Assembly (NCBI RefSeq): GCF_009914755.1
Contig: NC_060935.1
Length of the DNA: 64,000 bases
Reading direction: 5' to 3' (one strand)
From: the human T2T-CHM13v2.0 reference genome, Homo sapiens
In this document: one piece after another, positions 13,401 to 25,800 of the stretch
Position numbering within the stretch: the first letter of the stretch is position 1
Layout: every line of letters begins with the position of its first letter
The notes under the pieces: generated by a model
Database searches by the model: none
What the model was told of the DNA's origin: nothing
The model's input: only the letters and a program-made list of their open reading frames with translations
Made by a program: the position numbers and the translations under genes

Positions 13401-14712
13401 CTCTCAGAAACTACTTTGTGATGATTGCATTCGACTCACAGAGTTGAACATTCCTATAGATAGAGCAGGTTGTAAACAATCTTTTTGTAGAATCTGCGAT
13501 TGGAGATTTGGACTGCTTTGAGGCCTACTGTAGTAAAGGAAATAACTTCATCTAAAAACCAAACGGAAGCATTCACAGACAATTCTTAGTGATCATTGGA
13601 TTGAACTAACAGAGCTGAACATTCCTTTAGATGGAGCAGTTTCCAAACACACTTTCTGTAGAATCTGCCACTGGATATTTGGACCTCTCTGAGGATTTCG
13701 TTGGAAACGGGCTAAACTTCCCAGAACTACACGGAAGCATTCTGAGAAACTTCTTTGTGATGTTTGCATTCAACTCACAGAGTTGAACCTTGCTTTCATA
13801 GTTCAGCTTTCAAACACTCTTTTTGTAGAATCTGCAAGTGGATATTTGGACCACTTTGTGGCCTTCCTTCGAAACGGGTATATCTTCACATCAAACCTAG
13901 ACAGAAGCATTCTCAGAATGTTTTCTGTGATGACTGCATTCAACTCACAGAGGTGAACAATCCTGTTGATGGAGCAGTTTTGAAACTCTCTTTCTTTGGA
14001 TTCTGCAAGTGGATATGTGGACCTCTGTGAAGATTTCGTTGGAAACGGGTTCATCTTCACAGAAAAACTAAACAGGAGCATTCTCAGAAACTGCTTTGTG
14101 ATGTTTGTGTTCCACTTCAAGAATTGAACTTTCCTCTTGACAGAGCAGCTCTGAAACCCTCTTTTTCTAGAATCTGCAAGTGGACATTTGGAGGGCTTTG
14201 AGGCCTGTGGTGGAAAAGGAAAATCTTCACATAAAAACTAGATGGAAGCATTCTCAGAAACTACTTTGTGATGATTGCATTCGACTCACAGAGTTGAACA
14301 TTCCTATAGATAGAGCAGGTTGAAAACAATCTTTTTGTAGAATCTGCGATTGGAGATTTGGACTGCTTTGAGGCCTACTGTAGTAAAGGAAATAACTTCA
14401 TCTAAAAACCAAACGGAAGCATTCACAGACAATTCTTAGTGATCATTGGATTGAACTAACAGAGCTGAACATTCCTTTAGATGGCACAGTTTCCAAACAC
14501 ACTTTCTGTAGAATCTGCCACTGGATATTTGGACCTCTCTGAGGATTTCGTTGGAAACAGGATAAACCTCCCAGAACTACACGGAAGCATTCTGAGAAAC
14601 TTCTTTGTGATGTTTGCATTCAACTCACAGAGTTGAACCTTGCTTTCATAGTTCAGCTTTCAAACACTCTTTTTGTAGAATCTGCAAGTGGATATTTGGA
14701 CCACTTTGTGGC

Positions 14713-14729
14713 CTTCGTTCCAAACGGGT
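14713..14729 (+). promoter_or_regulatory. Restored CENP-B box core in the normally degenerate monomer
   Basis: CTTCGTTCCAAACGGGT has all 9 core bases (TTCG....A..CGGG). Confidence 0.8.
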
Positions 14730-17700
14730 ATATCTTCACATCAAACCTAGACAGAAGCATTCTCAGAATGTTTTCTGTGATGACTGCATTCAACTCACAG
14801 AGGTGAACAATCCTGCTGATGGACCAGTTTTGAAACTCTCTTTCTTTGTATTCTGCAAGTGGATATGTGGACCTCTGTGAAGATTTCGTTGGAAACGGGT
14901 TCATCTTCACAGAAAAACTAAGCAGGAGCATTCTCAGAAACTGCTTTGTGATGTTTGTGTTCCACTTCAGGAATTGAACTTTCCTCTTGACAGAGCAGCT
15001 CTGAAACCCTCTTTTTCTAGAATCTGCAAGTGGACATTTGGAGGGCTTTGAGGCCTGTGGTGGAAAAGGAAAATCTTCACATAAAAACTAGATGGATGCA
15101 TTCTCAGAAACTACTTTGTGATGATTGCATTCGACTCACAGAGTTGAACATTCCTATAGATAGAGCAGGTTGTAAACAATCTTTTTGTAGAATCTGCGAT
15201 TGGAGATTTGGACTGCTTTGAGGCCTACTGTAGTAAAGGAAAAAACTTCATCTAAAAACCAAACGGAAGCATTCACGGACAATTCTTAGTGATCATTGGA
15301 TTGAACTAACAGAGCTGAACATTCCTTTAGATGGAGCAGTTTCCAAACACACTTTCTGTAGAATCTGCAAGTGGATATTTGGACCTCTCTGAGGATTTCG
15401 TTGGAAAAGGGATAAACTTCCCAGAACTACATGGAAGCATTCTGAGAAACTTCTTTGTGATGTTTGCATTCAACTCACAGAGTTGAACCTTGCTTTCATA
15501 GTTCAGCTTTCAAACACTGTTTTTGTAGGATCTGCAAGTGGATATTTCGACCACATTGTGGCCTTCCTTCGAAACGGGTATATCTTCACATCAAACCTAG
15601 ACAGAAGCATTCTCAGAATGTTTCCTGTGATGACTGCATTCAACTCACAGAGGTGAACAATCCTGCTGATGGAGCAGTTTTGAAACTCTCTTTCTTTGGA
15701 TTCTGCAAGTGGATATGTGGACCTCTGTGAAGATTTCCTTGGAAACGGGTTCATCTTCACAGAAAAACTAAACAGGAGCATTCTCAGAAACTGCTTTGTG
15801 ATGTTTGTGTTCCACTTCAGGAATTGAACTTTCCTCTTGAGAGAGCAGCTCTGAAACCCTCTTTTTCTAGAATCTGCAAGTGGACATTTGGAGGGCTTTG
15901 AGGCCTGTGGTGGAAAAGGAAACTCTTCACATAAAAACTAGATGGAAGCATTCTCAGAAACTACTTTGTGATGATTGCATTCGACTCACAGAGTTGAACA
16001 TTCCTATAGATAGAGCAGGTTGTAAACAATCTTTTTGTAAAATCTGCGATTGGAGATTTGGACTGCTTTGAGGCCTACTGTAGTAAAGGAAATAACTTCA
16101 TCTAAAAACCAAACGGAAGCATTCACAGACAATTCTTAGTGATCATTGGATTGAACTAACAGAGCTAAACATTCCTTTAGATGGCGCAGTTTCCAAACAC
16201 ACTTTCTGTAGAATCTGCAACTGGATATTTGGACCTCTCTGAGGATTTCGTTGGAAACGGGATAAACTTCCCAGAACTACACGGAAGTATTCTGAGAAAC
16301 TTCTTTGTGATGTTTGCATTCAACTCACAGAGTTGAACCTTGCTTTCATAGTTCAGCTTTCAAACACTCTTTTTGTAGAATCTGCAAGTGGATATTTGGA
16401 CCACTTTGTGGCCTTCCTTCGAAACGGGTATATCTTCACATCAAACCTAGACCGAAGCATTCTCAGAATGTTTCCTGTGATGACTGCATTCAACTCACAG
16501 AGGTGAACAATCCTGCTGATGGAGCAGTTTTGAAACTCTCTTTCTTTGGATTCTGCAAGTGGATATGTGGACCTCTGTCAAGATTTCGTTGGAAACGGGT
16601 TCATCTTCATAGAAAAACTAAACAGGAGCATTCTCAGAAACTGCTTTGTGATGTTTGTGTTCCACTTCAGGAATTGAACTTTCCTCTTGACAGAGCAGCT
16701 CTGAAACCCTCTTTTTCTAGAATCTGCAAGTGGACATTTGGAGGGCTTTGAGGCCTGTGGTGGAAAAGGAAAATCTTCACATAAAAACTAGATGGAAGCA
16801 TACTCAGAAACTACTTTGTGATGATTGCATTCGACTCACAGAGTTGAACATTCCTATAGATAGAGCAGGTTGTAAACAATCTTTTTGTAGAATCTGCGAT
16901 TGGGGATTTGGACTGCTTTGAGGCCTACTGTAATAAAGGAAATAACTTCATCTAAAAACCAAACGGAAGCATTCACAGACAATTCTTAGTGATCATTGGA
17001 TTGAACTAACAGAGCTGAACATTCCTTTAGATGGCGCAGTTTCCAAACACACTTTCTGTAGAATCTGCCACTGGATATTTGGACCTCTCTGAGGATTTCG
17101 TTGGAAACGGGCTAAACTTCCCAGAACTACACGGAAGCATTCTGAGAAACTTCTTTGTGATGTTTGCATTCAACTCACAGAGTTGAACCTTGCTTTCATA
17201 GTTCAGCTTTCAAACACTCTTTTTGTAGAATCTGCAAGTGGATATTTGGACCACTTTTTGGCCTTCCTTCCAAACGGGTATATCTTCACATCAAACCTAG
17301 ACAGAAGCATTCTCAGAATGTTTCCTGTGATGACTGCATTCAACTCACAGAGGTAAACAATCCTGCTGATGGAGCAGTTTTAAAACTCTCTTTCTTTGGA
17401 TTCTGCAAGTGGATATGTGGACCTCTGTGAAGATTTCGTTGGAAACGGGTTCATCTTCACAGAAAAAATAACCAGGAGCATTCTCAGAAACTGCCTTGTG
17501 ATGTTTGTGTTCCACTTCAGGAATTGAACTTTCCTCTTGACAGAGCAGCTCTGAAACCCTCTTTTTCTAGAATCTGCAAGTGGACATTTGGAGGGCTTTG
17601 AGGCCTGTGGTGGAAAAGGAAACTCTTCACATAAAAACTAGATGGAAGCATTCTCAGAAACTACTTTGTGATGATTGCATTCGACTCACAGAGTAGAACA

Positions 17701-19812
17701 TTCCTATAGATAGAGCAGGTTGTAAACAATCTTTTTGTAGAATCTGTGATTGGAGATTTGGACTGCTTTGAGGCCTACTGTAGTAAAGGAAATAACTTCA
17801 TCTAAAAACCAAACGGAAGCATTCACAGACAATTCTTAGTGATCATTGGATTGAACTAACAGAGCTGAACATTCCTTTAGATGGAGCAGATTCCAAACAC
17901 ACTTTCTGTAGAATCTGCAACTCGATATTTGGACCTCTCTGAGGATTTCGTTGGAAACGGGATAAACTTCCAAGAACTACACGGAAGCATTCTGAGAAAC
18001 TTCTTTGTGATGTTTGCATTCAACTCACAGAGTTGAACCTTGCTTTCATAGTTCAGCTTTCAAACACTCTTTTTGTAGAATCTGCAAGTGGATATTTGGA
18101 CCACTTTTTGGCCTTCCTTCGAAACGAGTATATCTTCGCATCAAACCTAGACAGAAGCATTCTCAGAATGTTTCCTGCGATGACTGCATTCAACTCACAG
18201 AGGTGAACAATCCTGCTGATGGACCAGTTTTGAAACTCTCTTTCTTTGGATTCTGCAAGTGGATATGTGGACCTCTGTGAAGATTTCGTTGGAAACGGGT
18301 TCATCTTCACAGAAAAACTAAACAGGAGCATTCTCAGAAACTGCTTTGTGATGTTTGTGTTCCACTTCAAGAATTGAACTTTCCTCTTGACAGAGCAGCT
18401 CTGAAACCCTCTTTTTCTAGAATCTGCAAGTGGACATTGGGAGGGCTTTGAGGCCTGTGGTGGAAAAGGAAAATCTTCACATAAAAACTAGATGGAAGCA
18501 CTCTCAGAAACTACTTTGTGATGATTGCATTCGACTCACAGAGTTGAACATTCCTATAGATAGAGCAGGTTGTAAACAATCTTTTTGTAGAATCTGCGAT
18601 TGGAGATTTGGACTGCTTTGAGGCCTACTGTAGTAAAGGAAATAACTTCATCTAAAAACCAAACGGAAGCATTCACAGACAATTCTTAGTGATCATTGGA
18701 TTGAACTAACAGAGCTGAACATTCCTTTAGATGGAGCAGTTTCCAAACACACTTTCTGTAGAATCTGCCACTGGATATTTGGACCTCTCTGAGGATTTCG
18801 TTGGAAACGGGCTAAACTTCCCAGAACTACACGGAAGCATTCTGAGAAACTTCTTTGTGATGTTTGCATTCAACTCACAGAGTTGAACCTTGCTTTCATA
18901 GTTCAGCTTTCAAACACTCTTTTTGTAGAATCTGCAAGTGGATATTTGGACCACTTTGTGGCCTTCCTTCGAAACGGGTATATCTTCACATCAAACCTAG
19001 ACAGAAGCATTCTCAGAATGTTTTCTGTGATGACTGCATTCAACTCACAGAGGTGAACAATCCTGTTGATGGAGCAGTTTTGAAACTCTCTTTCTTTGGA
19101 TTCTGCAAGTGGATATGTGGACCTCTGTGAAGATTTCGTTGGAAACGGGTTCATCTTCACAGAAAAACTAAACAGGAGCATTCTCAGAAACTGCTTTGTG
19201 ATGTTTGTGTTCCACTTCAAGAATTGAACTTTCCTCTTGACAGAGCAGCTCTGAAACCCTCTTTTTCTAGAATCTGCAAGTGGACATTTGGAGGGCTTTG
19301 AGGCCTGTGGTGGAAAAGGAAAATCTTCACATAAAAACTAGATGGAAGCATTCTCAGAAACTACTTTGTGATGATTGCATTCGACTCACAGAGTTGAACA
19401 TTCCTATAGATAGAGCAGGTTGAAAACAATCTTTTTGTAGAATCTGCGATTGGAGATTTGGACTGCTTTGAGGCCTACTGTAGTAAAGGAAATAACTTCA
19501 TCTAAAAACCAAACGGAAGCATTCACAGACAATTCTTAGTGATCATTGGATTGAACTAACAGAGCTGAACATTCCTTTAGATGGCACAGTTTCCAAACAC
19601 ACTTTCTGTAGAATCTGCCACTGGATATTTGGACCTCTCTGAGGATTTCGTTGGAAACAGGATAAACCTCCCAGAACTACACGGAAGCATTCTGAGAAAC
19701 TTCTTTGTGATGTTTGCATTCAACTCACAGAGTTGAACCTTGCTTTCATAGTTCAGCTTTCAAACACTCTTTTTGTAGAATCTGCAAGTGGATATTTGGA
19801 CCACTTTGTGGC

Positions 19813-19829
19813 CTTCGTTCCAAACGGGT
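19813..19829 (+). promoter_or_regulatory. Restored CENP-B box core (duplicate of 14713-14729)
   Basis: CTTCGTTCCAAACGGGT, 5100 bp downstream of the first copy. Confidence 0.8.
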
Positions 19830-22800
19830 ATATCTTCACATCAAACCTAGACAGAAGCATTCTCAGAATGTTTTCTGTGATGACTGCATTCAACTCACAG
19901 AGGTGAACAATCCTGCTGATGGACCAGTTTTGAAACTCTCTTTCTTTGTATTCTGCAAGTGGATATGTGGACCTCTGTGAAGATTTCGTTGGAAACGGGT
20001 TCATCTTCACAGAAAAACTAAGCAGGAGCATTCTCAGAAACTGCTTTGTGATGTTTGTGTTCCACTTCAGGAATTGAACTTTCCTCTTGACAGAGCAGCT
20101 CTGAAACCCTCTTTTTCTAGAATCTGCAAGTGGACATTTGGAGGGCTTTGAGGCCTGTGGTGGAAAAGGAAAATCTTCACATAAAAACTAGATGGATGCA
20201 TTCTCAGAAACTACTTTGTGATGATTGCATTCGACTCACAGAGTTGAACATTCCTATAGATAGAGCAGGTTGTAAACAATCTTTTTGTAGAATCTGCGAT
20301 TGGAGATTTGGACTGCTTTGAGGCCTACTGTAGTAAAGGAAATAACTTCATCTAAAAACCAAACGGAAGCATTCACGGACAATTCTTAGTGATCATTGGA
20401 TTGAACTAACAGAGCTGAACATTCCTTTAGATGGAGCAGTTTCCAAACACACTTTCTGTAGAATCTGCAAGTGGATATTTGGACCTCTCTGAGGATTTCG
20501 TTGGAAAAGGGATAAACTTCCCAGAACTACATGGAAGCATTCTGAGAAACTTCTTTGTGATGTTTGCATTCAACTCACAGAGTTGAACCTTGCTTTCATA
20601 GTTCAGCTTTCAAACACTGTTTTTGTAGGATCTGCAAGTGGATATTTCGACCACATTGTGGCCTTCCTTCGAAACGGGTATATCTTCACATCAAACCTAG
20701 ACAGAAGCATTCTCAGAATGTTTCCTGTGATGACTGCATTCAACTCACAGAGGTGAACAATCCTGCTGATGGAGCAGTTTTGAAACTCTCTTTCTTTGGA
20801 TTCTGCAAGTGGATATGTGGACCTCTGTGAAGATTTCCTTGGAAACGGGTTCATCTTCACAGAAAAACTAAACAGGAGCATTCTCAGAAACTGCTTTGTG
20901 ATGTTTGTGTTCCACTTCAGGAATTGAACTTTCCTCTTGAGAGAGCAGCTCTGAAACCCTCTTTTTCTAGAATCTGCAAGTGGACATTTGGAGGGCTTTG
21001 AGGCCTGTGGTGGAAAAGGAAACTCTTCACATAAAAACTAGATGGAAGCATTCTCAGAAACTACTTTGTGATGATTGCATTCGACTCACAGAGTTGAACA
21101 TTCCTATAGATAGAGCAGGTTGTAAACAATCTTTTTGTAAAATCTGCGATTGGAGATTTGGACTGCTTTGAGGCCTACTGTAGTAAAGGAAATAACTTCA
21201 TCTAAAAACCAAACGGAAGCATTCACAGACAATTCTTAGTGATCATTGGATTGAACTAACAGAGCTAAACATTCCTTTAGATGGCGCAGTTTCCAAACAC
21301 ACTTTCTGTAGAATCTGCAACTGGATATTTGGACCTCTCTGAGGATTTCGTTGGAAACGGGATAAACTTCCCAGAACTACACGGAAGTATTCTGAGAAAC
21401 TTCTTTGTGATGTTTGCATTCAACTCACAGAGTTGAACCTTGCTTTCATAGTTCAGCTTTCAAACACTCTTTTTGTAGAATCTGCAAGTGGATATTTGGA
21501 CCACTTTGTGGCCTTCCTTCGAAACGGGTATATCTTCACATCAAACCTAGACCGAAGCATTCTCAGAATGTTTCCTGTGATGACTGCATTCAACTCACAG
21601 AGGTGAACAATCCTGCTGATGGAGCAGTTTTGAAACTCTCTTTCTTTGGATTCTGCAAGTGGATATGTGGACCTCTGTCAAGATTTCGTTGGAAACGGGT
21701 TCATCTTCATAGAAAAACTAAACAGGAGCATTCTCAGAAACTGCTTTGTGATGTTTGTGTTCCACTTCAGGAATTGAACTTTCCTCTTGACAGAGCAGCT
21801 CTGAAACCCTCTTTTTCTAGAATCTGCAAGTGGACATTTGGAGGGCTTTGAGGCCTGTGGTGGAAAAGGAAAATCTTCACATAAAAACTAGATGGAAGCA
21901 TACTCAGAAACTACTTTGTGATGATTGCATTCGACTCACAGAGTTGAACATTCCTATAGATAGAGCAGGTTGTAAACAATCTTTTTGTAGAATCTGCGAT
22001 TGGGGATTTGGACTGCTTTGAGGCCTACTGTAATAAAGGAAATAACTTCATCTAAAAACCAAACGGAAGCATTCACAGACAATTCTTAGTGATCATTGGA
22101 TTGAACTAACAGAGCTGAACATTCCTTTAGATGGCGCAGTTTCCAAACACACTTTCTGTAGAATCTGCCACTGGATATTTGGACCTCTCTGAGGATTTCG
22201 TTGGAAACGGGCTAAACTTCCCAGAACTACACGGAAGCATTCTGAGAAACTTCTTTGTGATGTTTGCATTCAACTCACAGAGTTGAACCTTGCTTTCATA
22301 GTTCAGCTTTCAAACAATCTTTTTGTAGAATCTGCAAGTGGATATTTGGACCACTTTGTGGCCTTCCTTCGAAACGGGTATATCTTCACATCAAACCTAG
22401 ACAGAAGCATTCTCAGAATGTTTCCTGTGATGACTGCATTCAACTCACAGAGGTGAACAATCCTGCTGATGGAGCAGTTTTGAAACTCTCTTTCTTTGTA
22501 TTCTGCAAGTGGATATGTGGACCTCTGTGAAGATTTCGTTGGAAACGGGTTCATCTTCACAGAAAAACTAAACAGGAGCATTCTCAGAAACTGCTTTGTG
22601 ATGTTTGTGTTCCACTTCAGGAACTGAACTTTCCTCTTGAGAGAGCAGCTCTGAAACCCTCTTTTTCTAGAATCTGCAAGTGGACATTTGGAGGGCTTTG
22701 AGGCCTGTGGTGGAAAAGGAAACTCTTCACATAAAAACTAGATGGAAGTATTCTCAGAAACTACTTTGTGATGGTTGCATTCGACTCACAGAGTTGAAAA

Positions 22801-25800
22801 TTCCTATAGATAGAGCAGGTTGTAAACAATCTTTTTGTAGAATCTGCGATTGGAGATTTGGACTGCTTTGAGGCCTACTGTAGTAAAGGAAATAACTTCA
22901 TCTAAAAACCAAACGGAAGCATTCACAGACAATTCTTAGTGATCATTGGATTGAACTAACAGAGCTGAACATTCCTTTAGATGGCGCAGTTTCCAAACAC
23001 ACTTTCTGTAGAATCTGCAAGTGGATATTTGGACCTCTCTGAGGATTTCGTTGGAAACGGGATAAACTTCCCAGAACTACACGGAAGCATTCTGAGAAAC
23101 TTCTTTGTGATGTTTGCATTCAACTCACAGAGTTGAAACTTGCTTTCATAGTTCAGCTTTCAAACACTCTTTTTGTAGAATCTGCAAGTGGATATTTGGA
23201 CCACTTTGTGGCCTTCCTTCGAAACGGGTATATCTTCACATCAAACCTAGACCGAAGCATTCTCAGAATGTTTCCTGTGATGACTGCATTCAACACACAG
23301 AGGTTAACAATCCTGCTGATGGAGCAGTTTTGAAACTCTCTTTCTTTGGATTCTGCAAGTGGATATGTGGACCTCTGTGAAGATTTCGTTGGAAACGTGT
23401 TCATCTTCACAGAAAAACTAAACAGGAGCATTCTCAGAAACTGGTTTGTGATGTTTGTGTTCCACTTCAAGAATTGAACTTTCCTTTTGACAGAGCATCT
23501 CTGAAACCCTCTTTTTCTAGAATCTGCAAGTGGACATTTGGAGGCCTTTCAGGCCTGTGGTGGAAAAGGAAAATCTTCACATAAAAACTAGATGGAAGCA
23601 TTCTCAGAAACTACTTTGCGATGATTGCATTCGACTCACAGAGTTGAACATTCCTATAGATAGAGCAGGTTGTAAACAATCTTTTTGTAGAATCTGCGAT
23701 TGGAGATTTGGACTGCTTTGAGGCCTACTGTAGTAAAGGAAATAACTTCATCTAAAAACCAAACGGAAGCAATCACAGACAATTCTTAGTGATCATTGGA
23801 TTGAACTAACAGAGCTGAACATTCCTTTAGATGGAGCAGTTTCCAGACACACTTTCTGTAGAATCTGCAAGTGGATATTTGGACCTCTCTGAGGATTTCG
23901 TTGGAAAAGGGATAAACTTCCCAGAACTACACGGAAGCATTCTGAGAAAATTCTTTGTGATGTTTGCATTCAACTCACAGAGTTGAACCTTGCTTTCATA
24001 GTTCAGCTTTCAAACACTCTTTTTGTAGGATCTGCAAGTGGATATTTGGACCACTTTGTGGCCTTCCTTCGAAACGGGTATATCTTCACATCAAACCTAG
24101 ACAGAAGCATTCTCAGAATGTTTCCTGTGATGACTGCATTCAACTCACAGAGGTGAAAAATCCTGCTGATGGAGCAGTTTTGAAACTCTCTTTCTTTGGA
24201 TTCTGCAAGTGGATATGTGGACGTCTGTGAAGATTTCGTTGAAAACGGGTTCATCTTCACAGAAAAACTAAACAGGAGCATTCTCAGAAACTGCTTTGTG
24301 ATGTTTGTGTTCCACTTCAGGAATTGAACTTTCCTCTTGACAGAGCAGCTCTGAAACCCTCTTTTTCTAGAATCTGCAAGTGGACATTTGGAGGGCTTTG
24401 AGGCCTGTGGTGGAAAAGGAAACTCTTCACATAAAAACTAGATGGAAGCATTCTCAGAAACTACTTTGTGATGATTGCATTCGACTCACAGAGTTGAACA
24501 TTCCTATAGATAGAGCAGGTTGTAAACAATCTTTTTGTAGAATCTGCGATTGGAGATTTGGACTGCTTTGAGGCCTACTGTAGTAAAGGAAATAACTTCA
24601 TCTAAAAACCAAACGGAAGCATTCACAGACAATTCTTAGTGATCATTGGATTGAACTAACAGAGCTGAACATTCCTTTAGATGGCGCAGTTTCCAAACAC
24701 ACTTTCTGTAGAATCTGCCACTGGATATTTGGACCTCTCTGAGGATTTCGTTGGAAACGGGCTAAACTTCCCAGAACTACACGGAAGTATTCTGAGAAAC
24801 TTCTTTGTGATGTTTGTATTCAACTCACAGAGTTGAACCTTGCTTTCATAGTTCAGCTTTCAAACACTCTTTTTGTAGAATCTGCAAGTGGATATTTGGA
24901 CCACTTTGTGGCCTTCCTTCGAAACGGGTATATCTTCACATCAAACCTAGACAGAAGCATTCTCAGAATGTTTCCTGTGATGACTGCATTCAACTCACAG
25001 AGGTGAACAATCCTGCTGATGGAGCAGTTTTGAAACTCTCTTTCTTTGGATTCTGCAAGTGGATATGTGGACCTCTGTGAAGATTTCGTTGGAAACGTGT
25101 TCATCTTCACAGAAAAACTAAACAGAAGCATTCTCAGAAACTGCTTTGTGATGTTTGTGTTCCACTTCAAGAATTGAACTTTCCTCTTGACAGAGCAGCT
25201 CTGAAACCCTCTTTTTCTAGAATCTGCAAGTGGACATTTGGAGGGCTTGGAGGCCTGTGGTGGAAAAGGAAAATCTTCACATAAAAACTAGATGGAAGCA
25301 TTCTCAGAAACTACTTTGCGATGATTGCATTCGACTCACAGAGTTGAACATTCCTATAGATAGAGCAGGTTGTAAACAATCTTTTTGTAGAATCTGCGAT
25401 TGGAGATTTTGACTGCTTTGAGGCCTACTGTAGTAAAGGAAATAACTTCATCTAAAAACCAAACGGAAGCATTCACAGACAATTCTTAGTGATCATTGGA
25501 TTGAACTAACAGAGCTGAACATTCCTTTAGATGGCGCAGTTTCCAAACACACTTTCTGTAGAATCTGCCACTGGATATTTGGACCTCTCTGAGGATTTCG
25601 TTGGAAACGGGCTAAACTTCCCAGAACTACACGGAAGTATTCTGAGAAACTTCTTTGTGATGTTTGCATTCAACTCACAGAGTTGAACCTTGCTTTCATA
25701 GTTCAGCTTTCAAACACTCTTTTTGTAGGATCTGCAAGTGGATATTTGGACCACTTTGTGGCCTTCCTTCGAAACGGGTATATCTTCACATCAAACCTAG

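Larger units (their letters stand above)
12039..22316 (+). repeat. Near-perfect tandem duplication of a 6-HOR block, period 5100 bp
   Basis: Shared variants at +5100: gagtagaaca 12591/17691, caagaactac 12871/17971, tggacattgg 13331/18431, atggcacagt 14481/19581, attcacggac 15271/20371, tggggatttg 16901/22001. Confidence 0.93.

Noticed and set aside
24234-24250. Apparent CENP-B box mutation TTTCGTTGAAAACGGGT
   Set aside because: The change is at a non-essential position and all 9 core bases are retained.
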